Shown one piece after another: positions 1 to 12,894 of a stretch of DNA of 64,000 bases. Numbering within the stretch: the first letter of the stretch is position 1; the number at the start of each line of letters is the position of its first letter. The notes under the pieces are model-generated. The model saw only the letters and a program-made list of their open reading frames with translations. It was not told the origin of the DNA and made no database searches. Both the position numbers and the translations under genes were made by a program. This DNA is from Azolla caroliniana (taxonomy: Eukaryota; Plantae; Polypodiophyta), in contig JBHGNT010000022.1 of assembly GCA_043228905.1 (NCBI GenBank), positions 12,214,001-12,278,000 on the forward strand, read 5' to 3'.

Positions 1-3000
1 AATGGAGCTTGTTGTATAACATAACATCGTTTTGAATTGAAGGTTCTTTATATTCTGTGGAAGCCTCAATAAGCTTGCCTGAAGCAGTCATAAACCAATA
101 ATTTGTGGGTTCAACAATGGTGACTGAATTGTGGGCAGCGAGGTGGAAAACACGGTGTATTTGTGCAGATTTGATTGAACTAAGTAAAGAGTATTAGTAA
201 AAGTAGTCACACTTTTCTTGGGACTTACTATTAATATTGTCTTTACCTTGCACTTAATAAGGCCAATGTGCATAATTTGTGGTATGCACACAATATGCTT
301 GTTCATTTTGGCTTGCAAGGTTTATTTGTTCTTTGAAAAATGAGGTGGAAAAGTCAGATCAAATCATCAATAGGGTTACCATTGGTGAGAACATTCTTGT
401 CATGATTTGTGTACATAAGAGAGCAGTAGTTCACCAAGTTAACAGAAGATGAAGATGAAAAGTGAGTGTAGGGTGAGAGATGGATGTTGTTAGTTATCAG
501 ACCCACCCAAGTGTACCAGCAAAAACAGAGACTTCAGTGGCAAGAACAAATGATTATTCAGTGGAGTGATATAAAAGCCTTCTTTAGTGTAACTGGATGT
601 AAACATAATTGTTGACTAGCCCCTACGAGTTAGTCTCCATTCCTGTGAAAAAAATCCATTTCTGGTAATGGTTCATAACCAACTTGGAAGAAACATAGTA
701 GTATTTTGGGTAGGACCACTTATCACAAGCAACAACACTGAAATCATTATATTGGAATAAGGAGTTCCATGTCTTTGTACATGCATCTGATGCACCAATA
801 AGAAGTGTGATGATGTAACATTGGTCCAAAGTGTCGAAGTAAAGAGAAATATAGTGCAAGTTTTCTACTCACACAATATATTTCTCTTCACGAGGATTGA
901 TCGAGCAACACTCAACATGATATATAATGCAAACAAATTCTGACATTGTCTATTATGAAAGAAGTTTTTTTTCGATGAGCACATCACATTATTTTACTTG
1001 GTTACGAATGTGCAAAAACATGGAAATTTACACAATAGATGTTTCATCATATTGGAATCAAATTATCATGAGCCTATGACATTTTGCATATAACATTGTA
1101 CATGTTCACATTATTGTGACCCTCTATGCTTTAGTTATCATAGCACCTTATTGTCACCAAGTGAGAAGCATGCATCATACCTAGGTCACAAGCATGCATA
1201 AGATTAAGTGTACTAAGTAGGGCAGCTCTCAATGTTGTCAAACCATCCATTTGAACGTTAGTCTTCGACATAATCTTGGAACTCTTGTTCATCTTGTCTA
1301 TAATAAACTCCCTTTTCCTTATTTTCCTTTCTTGATCCAATATTGTTTTTGGCTTTGGCCCTTAACATGGCCCTTAACATAAAATTAGTCCATACACATG
1401 GAGGTACACTACTTGTCTAGATTGAAAAATGGTGAAGTTATATTTAAGGTAGCCAATGATTTCCTATTTGAAGAAATCCTCCACCTCAAATTGGTGGTGC
1501 AGATTATCAATGTGAATACACATTTTAGTTTATGGCTCCTAAATATGATGTTCTTCCTACATTTAAGTTTATGGTAGGACTTTCCTTAACTCTTGAGAAA
1601 GTTGCTTAAGTTCTACAACTACAACGTATAATGATGGTCATGGCCTAGTGGTTCCAGAATAAGAGTTTTTCAACCAGATTCCTTCAAATATCACAATGCT
1701 CATAACATCACATGTTGAACTTTGATATTAGCAATATGGCAATATGCTAGTAATTACAAATGGGCATCAAGCTCAGGTTGTATTTATTGCCATTTTGTTT
1801 TTACATGCATACACAATGTTTCTTCATTATAATTACCTGAAATAGTTTGTGATACATAATGTGATAGGGGAGAATGACCTCTTTGGACCAAAATTTGACA
1901 AATGTTATGTAGATTTGTAGACTTATTTACTTTTGTCTATGAGTCTAACACTTAATGGCTTCTAGTTTCCCTTTTTAATTCTTGAAGGTTTGGTTTTGTT
2001 GGTTTCTTCTTGCATATCGAGAACTATATATATGTACATACATATGTTATGTTAGTAATATACACATGGTGTCATGACTCATGATGGTGCCCAATGTTTT
2101 TTGCTCAACATGTTTTTCATCTAACTCAACAAATGGCCACCTCTCAACATCAATATTTACCCATCTCCAAAAAGTACCCCCAAAGACGGACAAATAACAT
2201 TCTACATGAGGAAGTTAATATAAGACTTCTTGCACTTTCAAAAGACATCACAAATAGTATTGTAGCTTTCTTAAAAAAGATACGAAAATGAATGTCGAGA
2301 ATCTCAAAACACCCCAATCTATGTTGAGAATATAAATGACAATTCGGTAACATCTTGTATATTATATATTCCCATCTACGTTCTTAACATAAATGACAAT
2401 TATTACAATATAGGATAACTATTATTCCTCATTGGAATCTCATGAAACACTTGTTTTGTTTTGAAACGAACACCACATTCTCTACCTTGTTTTCTAGCTT
2501 CACCATGTATCTCTTCTTGTGTTTCAATATCTCCCATGATGAGGCATATGAGACACCCTCTTTCCACACATGTCCATAGTTGCAAAGGCTATTTTGGGCA
2601 TACCTTGGCTTGGAGCAATCCAAGTGATGACATTCTTAGCTTGAATTGCTATATGATCATCAAATACACTTCATGTAGGATACAAAAGCAAGTATCCTAA
2701 AGTGTTGTGATGTGAATGCAACTCTATGAGCAATACTAATAAGTACCTAGAATGAGAATCTACGAGTAAAGGTCAATCAGGAAAACAATCAAATCAACAA
2801 TCTTTTCTTAGTTCTCTAGCTAGTAGAATAATGTAGAACAGGCCTAATTCTATTGCCAATCATAAGAGTGAATTATGCCACTATAGACTAACATTCAAGC
2901 ATTGGTAAGTCGATAAGTTTTAATAGGGAAAGCACAAAGGAAACTTGTCATTGACCACAAGTTAGGCAACATCTAGACTTCTTTTGCGATAGGAAATGTG

Positions 3001-3350
3001 GAATTTCTAACAATCTCACTAACTCTCTATGTGATTGGTGAGCCATCCCAAATGGTAAAGAGAACACTTAGGTTCGTGGTACAGTGTACTAGTGAACGTG
3101 ATGAAGGTCTAACCAGAATGAAAGAGTGATGTAGGGGAGTGATAGGTTGCATTTTCATGTTTTCTATGTATGATGGTCGCATGAATGAAGGTGGTTTGTA
3201 TAAAGTTTCATGTCAAGTGGCAAGTAAGATGGTGGGAATGTGTGTGTGTTATCGGAAAATGTTGGGGCTTTTTTAATGTCGGAGGAATGCATACCGGCCA
3301 TGTCAAGACATAAATCCTCCTCCACAAAAACCCTTCCATATGTAGTTGGA
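1..3350. mobile_element. Decayed LTR-retrotransposon remnants (probably several nested pieces)
   Basis: No long ORF. Near 3050-3140 there is degenerate RNaseH-like text, then a purine tract (GTAGGGGAG) followed by TG at ~3140, as expected for a PPT/3'-LTR junction. Family assignment is uncertain. Confidence 0.3.
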
Positions 3351-3356
3351 TTCAGC

Positions 3357-3515
3357 AATGGTTCGGTTTAGGCTTAACCGGTTTGGCCTTATCCAAGACA
3401 AACTGGTTAAGTCTAAATCGGTTTGGGGTTCTCAAACTTGGACCGATTTGAACCAAACTAATCCCTAAACCGGTTAAGTCCTAACCAGTTTGAGCCAAAC
3501 CGGTTAAGCAGCTAC
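3357..3515. repeat. MITE-like fragment rich in AACCGGTT/AACCG motifs in both orientations, upstream of the PPR gene
   Basis: Repeated taaccggttt, aaaccggttaag and ggttcggttt motifs, typical of subterminal repeats of plant non-autonomous DNA transposons. No clear TSD. Confidence 0.45.
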
Positions 3516-3947
3516 AGGGGTGGTATATACTATAAGCATTGCATTGGGTCTACAAGTAGCCAGATTTGTAGTTAAATAGCAGATTGGGGCTACTTTTGGA
3601 GATTTCTCCATATATATTTTTAACTCTTTTCTCTTTTTTTTGGGTCCTGTTTTTTTCTTTTTTCAAGGATTGAGTCAGATATGGAGAAAAGACATGGAGC
3701 TCTTGTGGAAGGTATTATCAGTCAGAAAGACTGAACCTCTATTCAGACAAGAAGGTAAGGATCATATCGTTTTTCATTCATTTCTTGCTCCAAAATTGGT
3801 ACTATATATATATTCATGGTAAGACATGAGTTTGTTGTCTGTGGCAGCAAGATGCAAGGTCTCTCCATTTCACACAGAAGCCCTCCATGAAGAGCCCATC
3901 ATCATGTATTGATCATAGATGGCACTGCTCATCTTGTTTTATGTACA

Positions 3948-6900
3948 ATGGCGAAAAATATCACAACCATTGCAATGCCAGAAGGCAAGGAGAATCCATC
4001 ATCATGTATTGATGGTAGATGGCACAATCCATCTTACATTATACCAAATGGTCAAAAGGATCTCGATCAATGCAATGCCAGAAGAAAGGAAAACTCATCA
4101 TTATGGATCAGGAATATTCCATCTTATGATGTATCATATGGTGCAGAAAAGTCTAGTCAATTCCATGCCAGAAGCAATGAGTTTCGTTCAAAATCTGTTT
4201 TCTCTATTTTAGATGCCATCATAGCTTGTGGAAATGATAAGGACCTGCATAGTGGCCACCGGGTACATGCTGATGTTCTCGAGCAGGGGTTGTACAATAA
4301 GGATGGTTACATCAGCAATGCTCTCATTAGCATGTATGTGAAGTGTGGTGCTCATGAGAAGGCTTGGCACACATTTTCTCAGCTTCCAACAAAGAATATG
4401 GTGTCCCTAAATGCCCTTATTGTAAGCTATGCCCAACATGGTCTAGTTAATGAAGCTTTATTCTTTGTTAGACTTATGGTAGATAAGGGTCTCACTCCCG
4501 ATGCTCCTACCTTTGCTTGCGTTTTGAAAGCTTGTGGTAGCATAAGATCAATAAAGTTGGGAGAGGAGATACATTTTGAGGTTATCAGGAAAGGTTTATT
4601 GGAAAAAAGTATTATGCTTGGAACTGCATTGCTAGATATGTATGGCAAATGTGGTGCAATTGCAAAAGCAAAGGATGTGTTTGATCAGATTCCGGTTCAG
4701 GATGTTGTTTCATGGAATGCTCTCATTTCAATGTACACACACCGTGGTCTTTATTATGAAGCACTTAACAACTTCAGTCAGATGGTAGACGAAGGTTTCA
4801 CTCCTGATGCGGTTACTCTGGCTTGCATTCTCAAGGTTTGTGGTAGAATAGGATTGTTGGAGAAAGGAGAAGAGATACATGCTGAGGTTAGAAAGAGGGG
4901 GTTATTGGGAGAAAATGTTGTGCTCGGCACCACATTGGTCGACATGTATGCAAAGTGTGGTGTGCTTATAAAAGCTCAGGAAGTATTTGATGAGCTTCCA
5001 ACACGGAATGTAATCTCGTGGAATGTACTTATTTCTGGGTATGTTCAACATTGTCTCTGTCATCAAGCTTTGAATTGTTTTGCACGGATGAAAGATGAGA
5101 GTGTCTCACCTAATGCGTTCACATTTGCGTCTGTATTGCATGCTTGTGGAACCATACAATCAATCCAGAAAGGAGAAGAGGTACATGCCCAAGTGTCAAA
5201 ACAATGCTTAACAGGAAAGGATATAGTGTTTGGCACCGCGCTAGTAGATATGTATGCCAAATGTGGTGCCCTTGGAAAAGCACAGGAAGTGTTCGATGAA
5301 CTGCCAAAACATGATTTAGTATCTTGGAACACACTGATTTCTGGTTATATTCAACATGGATTTAGTAATCGAGCTTTGATATGCTTTAGACAGATGCGAG
5401 ATCAGGGAATTTCACCAAATGAAATGACATTCACAAGTGTTCTGAAAGCTTGCAGCAGCATCAAATGCATAGAGATGGGAGAAGAGATACATATTGAGGT
5501 AAGAAAGCAAGGTTTATTGGAAAGCAATGGTGTTGTAAGTACTGCATTGGTGGACATGTATGCAAAATGTGATAGACTTTCAAAGGCTCAGGAAGTGTTT
5601 GATAAGCTTGCTTTACAAAATGTTGATTCTTATAATGCACTCATTGCTGGGTATACTCAGCATGGTTTCTATAATGAAGCTATAAAGTGTTTCGAGAAGA
5701 TACAAGATACGAATCTCTCCCCAAATGAAATCACTTTTTCTTGTATGTTAAAAGCTTGTGGCAGCCTAGGATTAGTTGAAAAAGGGGAAGAGATATATTT
5801 TGAAGTGAGTAAGAAGGGTTTATTGAGAGAAAATATTTTCCTTGGTGGTGCATTGGTGGACATGTATGCGAAATGTGGTGAACTTGCCAAAGCACGAACT
5901 GTGCTTGATGCTCTTCCGGTTCGTGATGTTGTCTCATGGACGGCATTGATTTGCGGTTATGCCCAAAATGGTTTTGGTGACGAGGCTCTTAAGTGCTATG
6001 AACAAATGCAAACAGAGGGTGTTTTACCAAGCATTTTCACTTTTTCTTGTGTGATGAAAGCTTGTGGCAGCATAGGATCAATTGAAAAGGGAAAACAAGT
6101 ATATGAGAAGATTGTTGAGAATGGATTATTAGAACAAAGCAATGTTTTAGGAAATGCATCAATTGACATGTATGCGAAATGTGGGGATCTTGTAAAAGCA
6201 CGAGAAATATTTGATTCTCTTTGTATGCGGGATGTTTTCACGTGGAATACATTGATGACCGGATATGTCCAACATGGAATGGGGGATGAAGCTTTACAGT
6301 GCTTCAGGAAAATGCAAGAGGAGGGTTACTGCCCAGATACAACCACATTTGCTTGTGTATTGAAAGCTTGTGGCAGCATAAGATCAATCAAGATTGGAGA
6401 AGAGATTCATGCTATGATTTCGGAACACCACTTTCGTGCAACAAACACTTGTCTCATCGCAAATGCATTGCTTGACATGTATGCCAAATGTGGAGAACTG
6501 ATCAAAGCACAAGAAGTATTCGACGAGCTTTTCATAAGGGATGTTGTCTCATGGAATTCACTCATCACTGGATTTTCTCAATGTGAACTTGACTGTGAAG
6601 CCCTAACCTACTTCAAGAGAATGCAAGATGAGGGTGTAACACCGAATGCAATAACGTTTTCATGCATATTGAAAACTTGTAGTAGCCTAGGGTTTGGAAG
6701 AAAAGGAGAAGAGATACATGCCACGGTGACAAAAGAGTTAATACATGTGGAGAATAGTTTGCTGCTCAGCAGTTCCTTGGTTGCCATGTATGCTAAATGT
6801 GGTCTGATCATGAAAGCGCAACAAGTTTTTGATACTCTGCCAATGCGGGATGTCATCTCATGGACAGCATTGATCTCAGGATATGCCAGATTTAACCATG

Positions 6901-7346
6901 CAAAGCAGGTTCTACTTCTATTCAACCAAATGATTGCTGAGGGAACTCTACCTGATTTGATCACATTCATCGCCGTGCTAACTGTATGTAGTCATGCAAG
7001 CCTTGTGGAGGAAGGGCAAATGTACTTTAATACTATGACTAGTGTCTATGGTCTCACTCCAACTTTAGAGCACTATACTTGTATGGTTGATCTTTACAGC
7101 CGGGCAGGTTACTTTGACAAGGCAATGATCATGATTGAAAACGTATTACTGTTTGGTAATTGTGTTGAGATGTGGGTGGCACTGCTTGGAGGTTGTGGTA
7201 AGTGGGCGAATGTAGACCTTGGAAAATGGGCTTTCGAGCAATTGTTACCATTAGATGACACATGTGCTGCCACTTACGTGTATATGAGTAATATATATGC
7301 TGCAGCAGGTATGCAAGAGAAAGCCGACATTGTTGAAGCCTTGTGA
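3948..7346 (+). CDS. PLS-class pentatricopeptide repeat protein ending in an E domain without DYW (organellar RNA-editing specificity factor type)
   Basis: Intronless ORF 3909..7346; first in-frame ATG at 3948. About ten P-L-S triplets (ALVDMYAKCG...A.EVFD / VVSWN.LI.GY.QHG / P..TF..VLKACG), then P2L2S2 (TFIAVLTVCSHASLVEEG, PTLEHYTCMVDLYSRAG) and E-type motifs (WVALLGGC, TYVYMSNIYAAAG). The true start is uncertain because a possible upstream exon ends GAAG|GTAAGG at 3754. Confidence 0.93.
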   Translation: MAKNITTIAMPEGKENPSSCIDGRWHNPSYIIPNGQKDLDQCNARRKENSSLWIRNIPSYDVSYGAEKSSQFHARSNEFRSKSVFSILDAIIACGNDKDLHSGHRVHADVLEQGLYNKDGYISNALISMYVKCGAHEKAWHTFSQLPTKNMVSLNALIVSYAQHGLVNEALFFVRLMVDKGLTPDAPTFACVLKACGSIRSIKLGEEIHFEVIRKGLLEKSIMLGTALLDMYGKCGAIAKAKDVFDQIPVQDVVSWNALISMYTHRGLYYEALNNFSQMVDEGFTPDAVTLACILKVCGRIGLLEKGEEIHAEVRKRGLLGENVVLGTTLVDMYAKCGVLIKAQEVFDELPTRNVISWNVLISGYVQHCLCHQALNCFARMKDESVSPNAFTFASVLHACGTIQSIQKGEEVHAQVSKQCLTGKDIVFGTALVDMYAKCGALGKAQEVFDELPKHDLVSWNTLISGYIQHGFSNRALICFRQMRDQGISPNEMTFTSVLKACSSIKCIEMGEEIHIEVRKQGLLESNGVVSTALVDMYAKCDRLSKAQEVFDKLALQNVDSYNALIAGYTQHGFYNEAIKCFEKIQDTNLSPNEITFSCMLKACGSLGLVEKGEEIYFEVSKKGLLRENIFLGGALVDMYAKCGELAKARTVLDALPVRDVVSWTALICGYAQNGFGDEALKCYEQMQTEGVLPSIFTFSCVMKACGSIGSIEKGKQVYEKIVENGLLEQSNVLGNASIDMYAKCGDLVKAREIFDSLCMRDVFTWNTLMTGYVQHGMGDEALQCFRKMQEEGYCPDTTTFACVLKACGSIRSIKIGEEIHAMISEHHFRATNTCLIANALLDMYAKCGELIKAQEVFDELFIRDVVSWNSLITGFSQCELDCEALTYFKRMQDEGVTPNAITFSCILKTCSSLGFGRKGEEIHATVTKELIHVENSLLLSSSLVAMYAKCGLIMKAQQVFDTLPMRDVISWTALISGYARFNHAKQVLLLFNQMIAEGTLPDLITFIAVLTVCSHASLVEEGQMYFNTMTSVYGLTPTLEHYTCMVDLYSRAGYFDKAMIMIENVLLFGNCVEMWVALLGGCGKWANVDLGKWAFEQLLPLDDTCAATYVYMSNIYAAAGMQEKADIVEAL

Positions 7347-7434
7347 ATTGAAACTGGAGATGTAACAGATATCATTAAAATACTTGAACATGTATTACTT
7401 ATACAATGGGAGATACTTAGATTTGTTATTTTGG

Positions 7435-7700
7435 CCTGATGGGTTTAGCTTAATGGTTTAAGCACCTTCTAAGACATAGGTCAGGAGTCCAATTCATGCC
7501 CTTGCCCTTGAGAAATGTGAAATGGCAACTCAAGGACCCATTAAGAGAAGCAAAAAGATTCATTCTTCTCCCCATGAAGATGAATCAGAAAGACCCGTTT
7601 GTTCCCGTCGCTTTGGGGGATTGTCATAAAGGCATATTCGTGTTGTTGCCCGGATTCTTGCTACAGATAACATAATGATTCATGCCACGTTTATATATGC
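7435..7700 (+). mobile_element. tRNA-derived SINE-like element just downstream of the PPR stop
   Basis: A-box-like TAGCTTAATGG (~7446) and degenerate B-box GAGTCCAATTC (~7485) at tRNA-like spacing. 3' limit uncertain. Confidence 0.45.
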
Positions 7701-8820
7701 ATGTATATATATGTATACGCATCGGATGAAAAAAACTTGAGATGATCAAAGCTAGATAATCAATGAATTCGATCATTGTGTATCATGTGTAATAAAACAG
7801 GTATTATTGTCCAAGTTGGTTTACATTTAACAACACGTCCAACGTATGCTTCTCTCATATATAGACGTCATCATTCGTGCAAGGTAATGAAGAATGGCAT
7901 CGCTTCATTGAAAATATAATCATTATTTACTCTTAATAGCCTCCTAAATCATTATATGTTATATAGAATAGCCTCCTAAACCAGATTTTTATCCTGATTA
8001 TTTCTTGCCTTGTGGTGGACATACCAAATGTGTCTGTTTACATCAAGTGCATACAAGACATGTGTTGCTTCACTTATCCCATGAACTCTCTTGTGGTAAA
8101 TACAATCAGTAATAATACCAGCAACATAAATGGAATTCAATCTTGATGCTTAACCGATGACCTATACCAAGAAGTTTTTTTGTTCAATTTAAAACAACTT
8201 TTATTCTATATAATGGAATATGAATATGGGCTTGTAAGTTTCACTTGATATATTTTGCGAAGTGGTCAAAGGCATTATTATAAGGCTGTAATCTACTGAA
8301 GGGCTTGGATGAAAGTCTTGACTATTATCAATAATAAAGTAATCATATACATTTCAAAACACTCTCATTTTTTGCTGCAGTTTAAATCCCCACATGTCCG
8401 TTTGTCATCATGTTTTGACTTGACGACATTCCAATAGCTCTTATAGGCAAAAGCAAATCCACCATTTCACCATATTTGGGTCCTTTGTATTTGTAAACAT
8501 GTTTCTTTTCTTGTTATTGTGGTGGCATGGGTTTGCTCCAATTGTCTAACTTGCAATCGGACATATGTTTGCTTCTTGTCCTCTTTCCATTGTCCCTTTC
8601 ACAATTTAAGTTCCATTGTTGATTGCTTGAAATTGTTGGTCTCGAAGATGACTTCCATTTGTACATCTTCACTCATGCACCATAGTCTTTCTTTCCTTGC
8701 ACTTCTTGTATTGTTTTGGGGGGGTAGTTTCTTGTTCCTCCCAAGTTGTACCATCATGCTATCCTGCAAACCTATATTGTCATGTATTTAAGGATATCTT
8801 TGTTTAGCTTAAATACCAAT

Positions 8821-9276
8821 TGTTACGGGCATGACCATATAATATCCAGTGGTGAGAATTTACCGTAGTATTCTATACACGTGGATAAGTGCGAGGGTTA
8901 AACGAGAGTGTAAAGAAGGGGAGGATTACTTTTAAATCCTCGGGATTGAGACAACCCATTAGGCCAAGTGTGAACATGGCTGGGGGCCTTGGGTATCGCT
9001 ATAAATAGAGGCCTAGCTACCCTCATTTCAAGATCTTGTTGACTACGTCAAGACTCTGTCTTGTGGTGGGTCAACTCTTGTAGCGAGCGCGCCAGCACCA
9101 GGTACGACTTGACGCCACAACGGTGGTATGGGACGCCGATCGAGGCTCGAGTCCATCTCGATCCCTTCGCTCGGGGGTGGTCGGGTGGATCGGCACCCTT
9201 CTTTCTCTCTCTCCTTTCTTTCTATCTACCTAGATCTATCCTTATCTAATGCTTACTTTAGTATATGTCTCTAATA
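8821..9276 (+). mobile_element. Solo LTR with 5-bp TSD CCAAT
   Basis: CCAAT|TGTTA at 8816-8825 and TAATA|CCAAT at 9272-9281 (TAACA terminus with C>T). Internal CTATAAATAG TATA box at ~8999 and a GC-rich R/U5-like part. Confidence 0.65.
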
Positions 9277-10684
9277 CCAATGGGCCTGTGGGATTTTGCT
9301 TTCCTCCACACTAAAACAACTCACCAAGGTTAGAATAATTCACATACTCTTTCTACAGGTGGATTTGTTGGTTCATGCTTTAGGTTTGTCCCAACATATT
9401 AGTCCCAGAAACCCTCATTGTACCTTCTACACATTTATTGTTCTATTATTAACCATTATTCCTTTAAACATGTATATGCTATACATAATTAGGACACTTG
9501 AATTTATGGCTACTATATTTTAAGATACTAAAGGCGAGAAACGTCGTCAATGCATCTCGTAATATGGTAGAGGAATATTGGCATCATCTGCCTAGTGGAA
9601 CTTTAAGCACGTAAGGTTTTAAATATTTTGGTTACCAATTTCAAGACAATAAAATAATGTATATTCGATCTAAGCTTAACAAAAATCTATGTTTTCTCTC
9701 ATTATTGCAAATCCTCACATAACACAACACATACTAAAGGATTGCAAAAGCATGGGATTATGATTCTTATTTTTAATGCAAATCTGAGAGTCGCATAGAA
9801 GATCATCTTGATTAATCAACCAAATTAGTTTATGTGAAGCCTTTCCTTTCCCTTCTCAACTTTGATACACCATTTCTAGGAAGATTAACTAATACACTAT
9901 CTCAAGTATGAACAATACCCTCCAATGTCAAGCAGAAACTATTAATTGAGCAATTTTGTCCACATCTTCAAAGTGAATGTTATCATCAGTGCATGCTTGA
10001 AAAGAAACACATGGTAAGAAATTGAGTTACAGTAATTTAGAGAGAACATGCTGCGTGAAAGAGACTTTTCAGTAACTAACCCCTTTGATTATAGAAGACA
10101 TATATAGGATTCATAGCATCTATAAGCGGTACATTAAAATGGCTCAAGAGATGCAAACACTTGATTGCAAGCCAACAATGGAAGCAAGAGAAAGAATTGC
10201 CATGCCTTCAAACCAACATACACTGTTTTAACTAGTACTATTTAACATCAACAATCACTTGTGCTACAATAAGATGCATGATTAGATCCACCAATAGAAC
10301 TAGATATCCATTTGATCCTCATGACACGATACATAGTAAAGGAATAGTACGAGCCTTTAATAAACAAAATGGCTCTCGTAACCACATGTTGAAAAACTAT
10401 ATTATTTCAACCACAAGGTCGATTAACACATAATTCTTCATAATTTAGATAATAAGTAGTATCGGCTCTATTTGACGTCAAATTTCAAATAGCTCTTATC
10501 TTGGGAAAAGGATGCAATGATGTTCAATATTGTTGGTTTCTAGTGTTAACTCCAAATACTTTTTCTAATAATCAATATTTCAGAAATAAACCAAAATCAA
10601 TGAAGGTAGATTATAGAGTTGCGAAACATAGTGCATTGTCTTGCTATTTAATTTATCCTATGTATTTCTTGATATCATTTCAAA

Positions 10685-12148
10685 TTACACAAGTTTTGAC
10701 TTGAAAACCAGTTCCAACTGAAAGAAATCTGAAAACTCCGCAAGAAGTCTATCACGTAACAAAGCCAATAAAGCATCTGAATCAATTATGTCATCCTCGA
10801 CTCCACTTGAGTCACTTCCAATTCGATTTGTCAAACTAGTACTGCTTTTTAGTAAATGGGAGTTGCTTTTTTGTAGATGAGCATTGCTTTTTAGTATTTC
10901 TAGCACGCTTCCAACAGGTCGACCCTCAATGCCACAAGGAACTATGCTTTTAAAAGGCGATAGGTCTGTGGTTACATTGAGTGCAAGCCCATGATAGCTG
11001 ACCCAACGGGAGACTCTGATACCAATGGCAGCAACCTTTGCATTCCCTGGGTGTAGTATTCGGCGAAATATGTCGCTAAAAAACCCTCACTAAAACCTAA
11101 ACAAGAGAAAAATCTCTAATGTAACAAGTAGAAATTTTCATCTAGCTTCTTACCAACCCAAACCCCTGTTAATCCTTCGATGCGTCTTGCTTCTATACCA
11201 CATGATGACTGAAGAGCCCGGATCACCACTTCCTCCAGTGCCCGGAGGTACCAGTGAAGATCCATTTGGTGATGACGTAGATTCAATATAGGATACATAA
11301 CCAGCTACAAGGAGACCAAAATTGGTTTGTAGGTATTTATTAAAAAAAAAGACCGGAAAAAATCAAGACTTGCCATCCCCAACCATCGACATTTATCACC
11401 ATACCCCATGCCAATGATAGAGTGACCATGAATGTTGTTGGCACTGAAAGTTCTAGGCACATAGCTGCTCTATTTAAGCTATTTATTAGCTATGGTGATG
11501 TTTACATCACAAAGATCACCCATCCATGAACCCTAGAATCCGTCCCACTCATCTAACAGTAAGAGATAGTGACGCAACACTAGTGTCCAACCACACCATA
11601 AAGATCCCCTAGAGACAGTCATCTATCGCTAACACATCGTATTGTTCACACTTTCCCAAGGTCGATCCAGGACGATAAACCCATCTCATTCATTGACCAA
11701 TGTCAGCAATGTGACTTACAAGACCATCGAAGAATAGGAACTAACCTGTCCTGGGCCATGGTAAGTGACTTCTCCACCACGCTCTGTCCGGAAGATATCG
11801 CACTCTGACTTGTGTTTGTCAAACAATATATACTCCTCGGAGCTATTTGTCCCGAGAGTGTACACAGGATGGTGTTGCAACAAGACAACCGCATCATTAT
11901 CGACATCCTGTCCTTGCTGAATTCCTTGGGCTCGAGTCTCTACAGCATCCTTTTGCCACTTCCATGCATCCTTGAAGGGGACGAGGCAGTTGTAGAGATC
12001 ATAGCAATCGCATCTGTAGAATGGACAATCTCTCTCTCTCTCTCTCTCTGGTGAAAACACTTAATAAATGTGTGTGAAAAACACTACTTACAATGGGTCT
12101 CTCTCTCTGTCTCATTGGCCAATTTTGGTCTTAGAAGACGTTAATATA

Positions 12149-12186
<38 letters not shown>

Positions 12187-12429
12187 GAAAACACACAATT
12201 ATATAATAAATGTGTGTGAAAAACACTACTTAGAATGGGTCTCTCTGTCTCTGTCTCATTGGCCAATTTTGGTCTTAGAAGACGTTAATATATCTTTCTC
12301 TCTCTCTCTCTCTCTCTCTCTGGTGAAAACACACAATTATATTAATAAATGTGTGTGAAAAACACTACTTAGAATGGGTCTCTCTGTCTCTGTCTCATGG
12401 GCCAATTTTGGTCTTAGAAGACGTTAATA

Positions 12430-12493
<64 letters not shown>

Positions 12494-12838
12494 GTATACA
12501 CATCCGTATTCTTTTCATGTGTTTTGGTTTTCCAGACCTCTTTGTTTTTTGTGCATTTTAATGTCATTGGGGATATTTAGGTTGAGGCAAGTCTAACTCT
12601 TCTGGATTTGGTAGAAGTCTACAACACAAAAGAGTTAAGAGGGAAAAAATACTCATTATCATGAAAGAAGGGAAAGCGGGCGATGATGATGAATGACGAT
12701 GATGAGTACCTGCGTTTAATGGAGATGGATGGAGAGCCCACATGAGAGGAAGCAGCTATGGCATGACTGAAGAAGCCATATGAAGGAGGAGGGGGAGAAG
12801 AGGGATTGACAGGTAGTGATGCGCAGAGCAGAAGCATA

Positions 12839-12887
<49 letters not shown>

Positions 12888-12894
12888 CATGCAT
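10685..12894 (-). CDS. LIP2: Octanoyltransferase (lipoate-protein ligase B), plastid-type LIP2p. Exons 12894(or 12837)-12710, 12013-11746, 11304-11154, 11046-10685
   Basis: Spliced translation gives the LipB motifs [42 protein letters not shown] and [22 protein letters not shown]...[13 protein letters not shown] junctions keep the frame. Ser-rich transit-peptide-like N-terminus. Confidence 0.92.
12029..12492. repeat. Three tandem copies of a ~140-145 bp unit, each bounded by (CT)n, in LIP2 intron 1
   Basis: The block ggtgaaaacac...aaatgtgtgtgaaaaacactactta...ggccaattttggtcttagaagacgttaatat(CT)n recurs at ~12050, ~12183 and ~12322. Confidence 0.9.
12839..12885. repeat. (GAT)n microsatellite encoding poly-Ser at the LIP2 N-terminus
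   Basis: Pure trinucleotide run, read as TCA (Ser) codons on the minus strand. Confidence 0.9.

Noticed and set aside
4427-6970. Repeated antisense ORFs across the PPR gene
   Set aside because: Shadow ORFs caused by the repeat structure and codon usage of the sense gene.
12029-12492. CRISPR-like repeat-spacer pattern (also considered for 30760-31000)
   Set aside because: Whole units are duplicated with no unique spacers, the context is eukaryotic and there are no cas genes.
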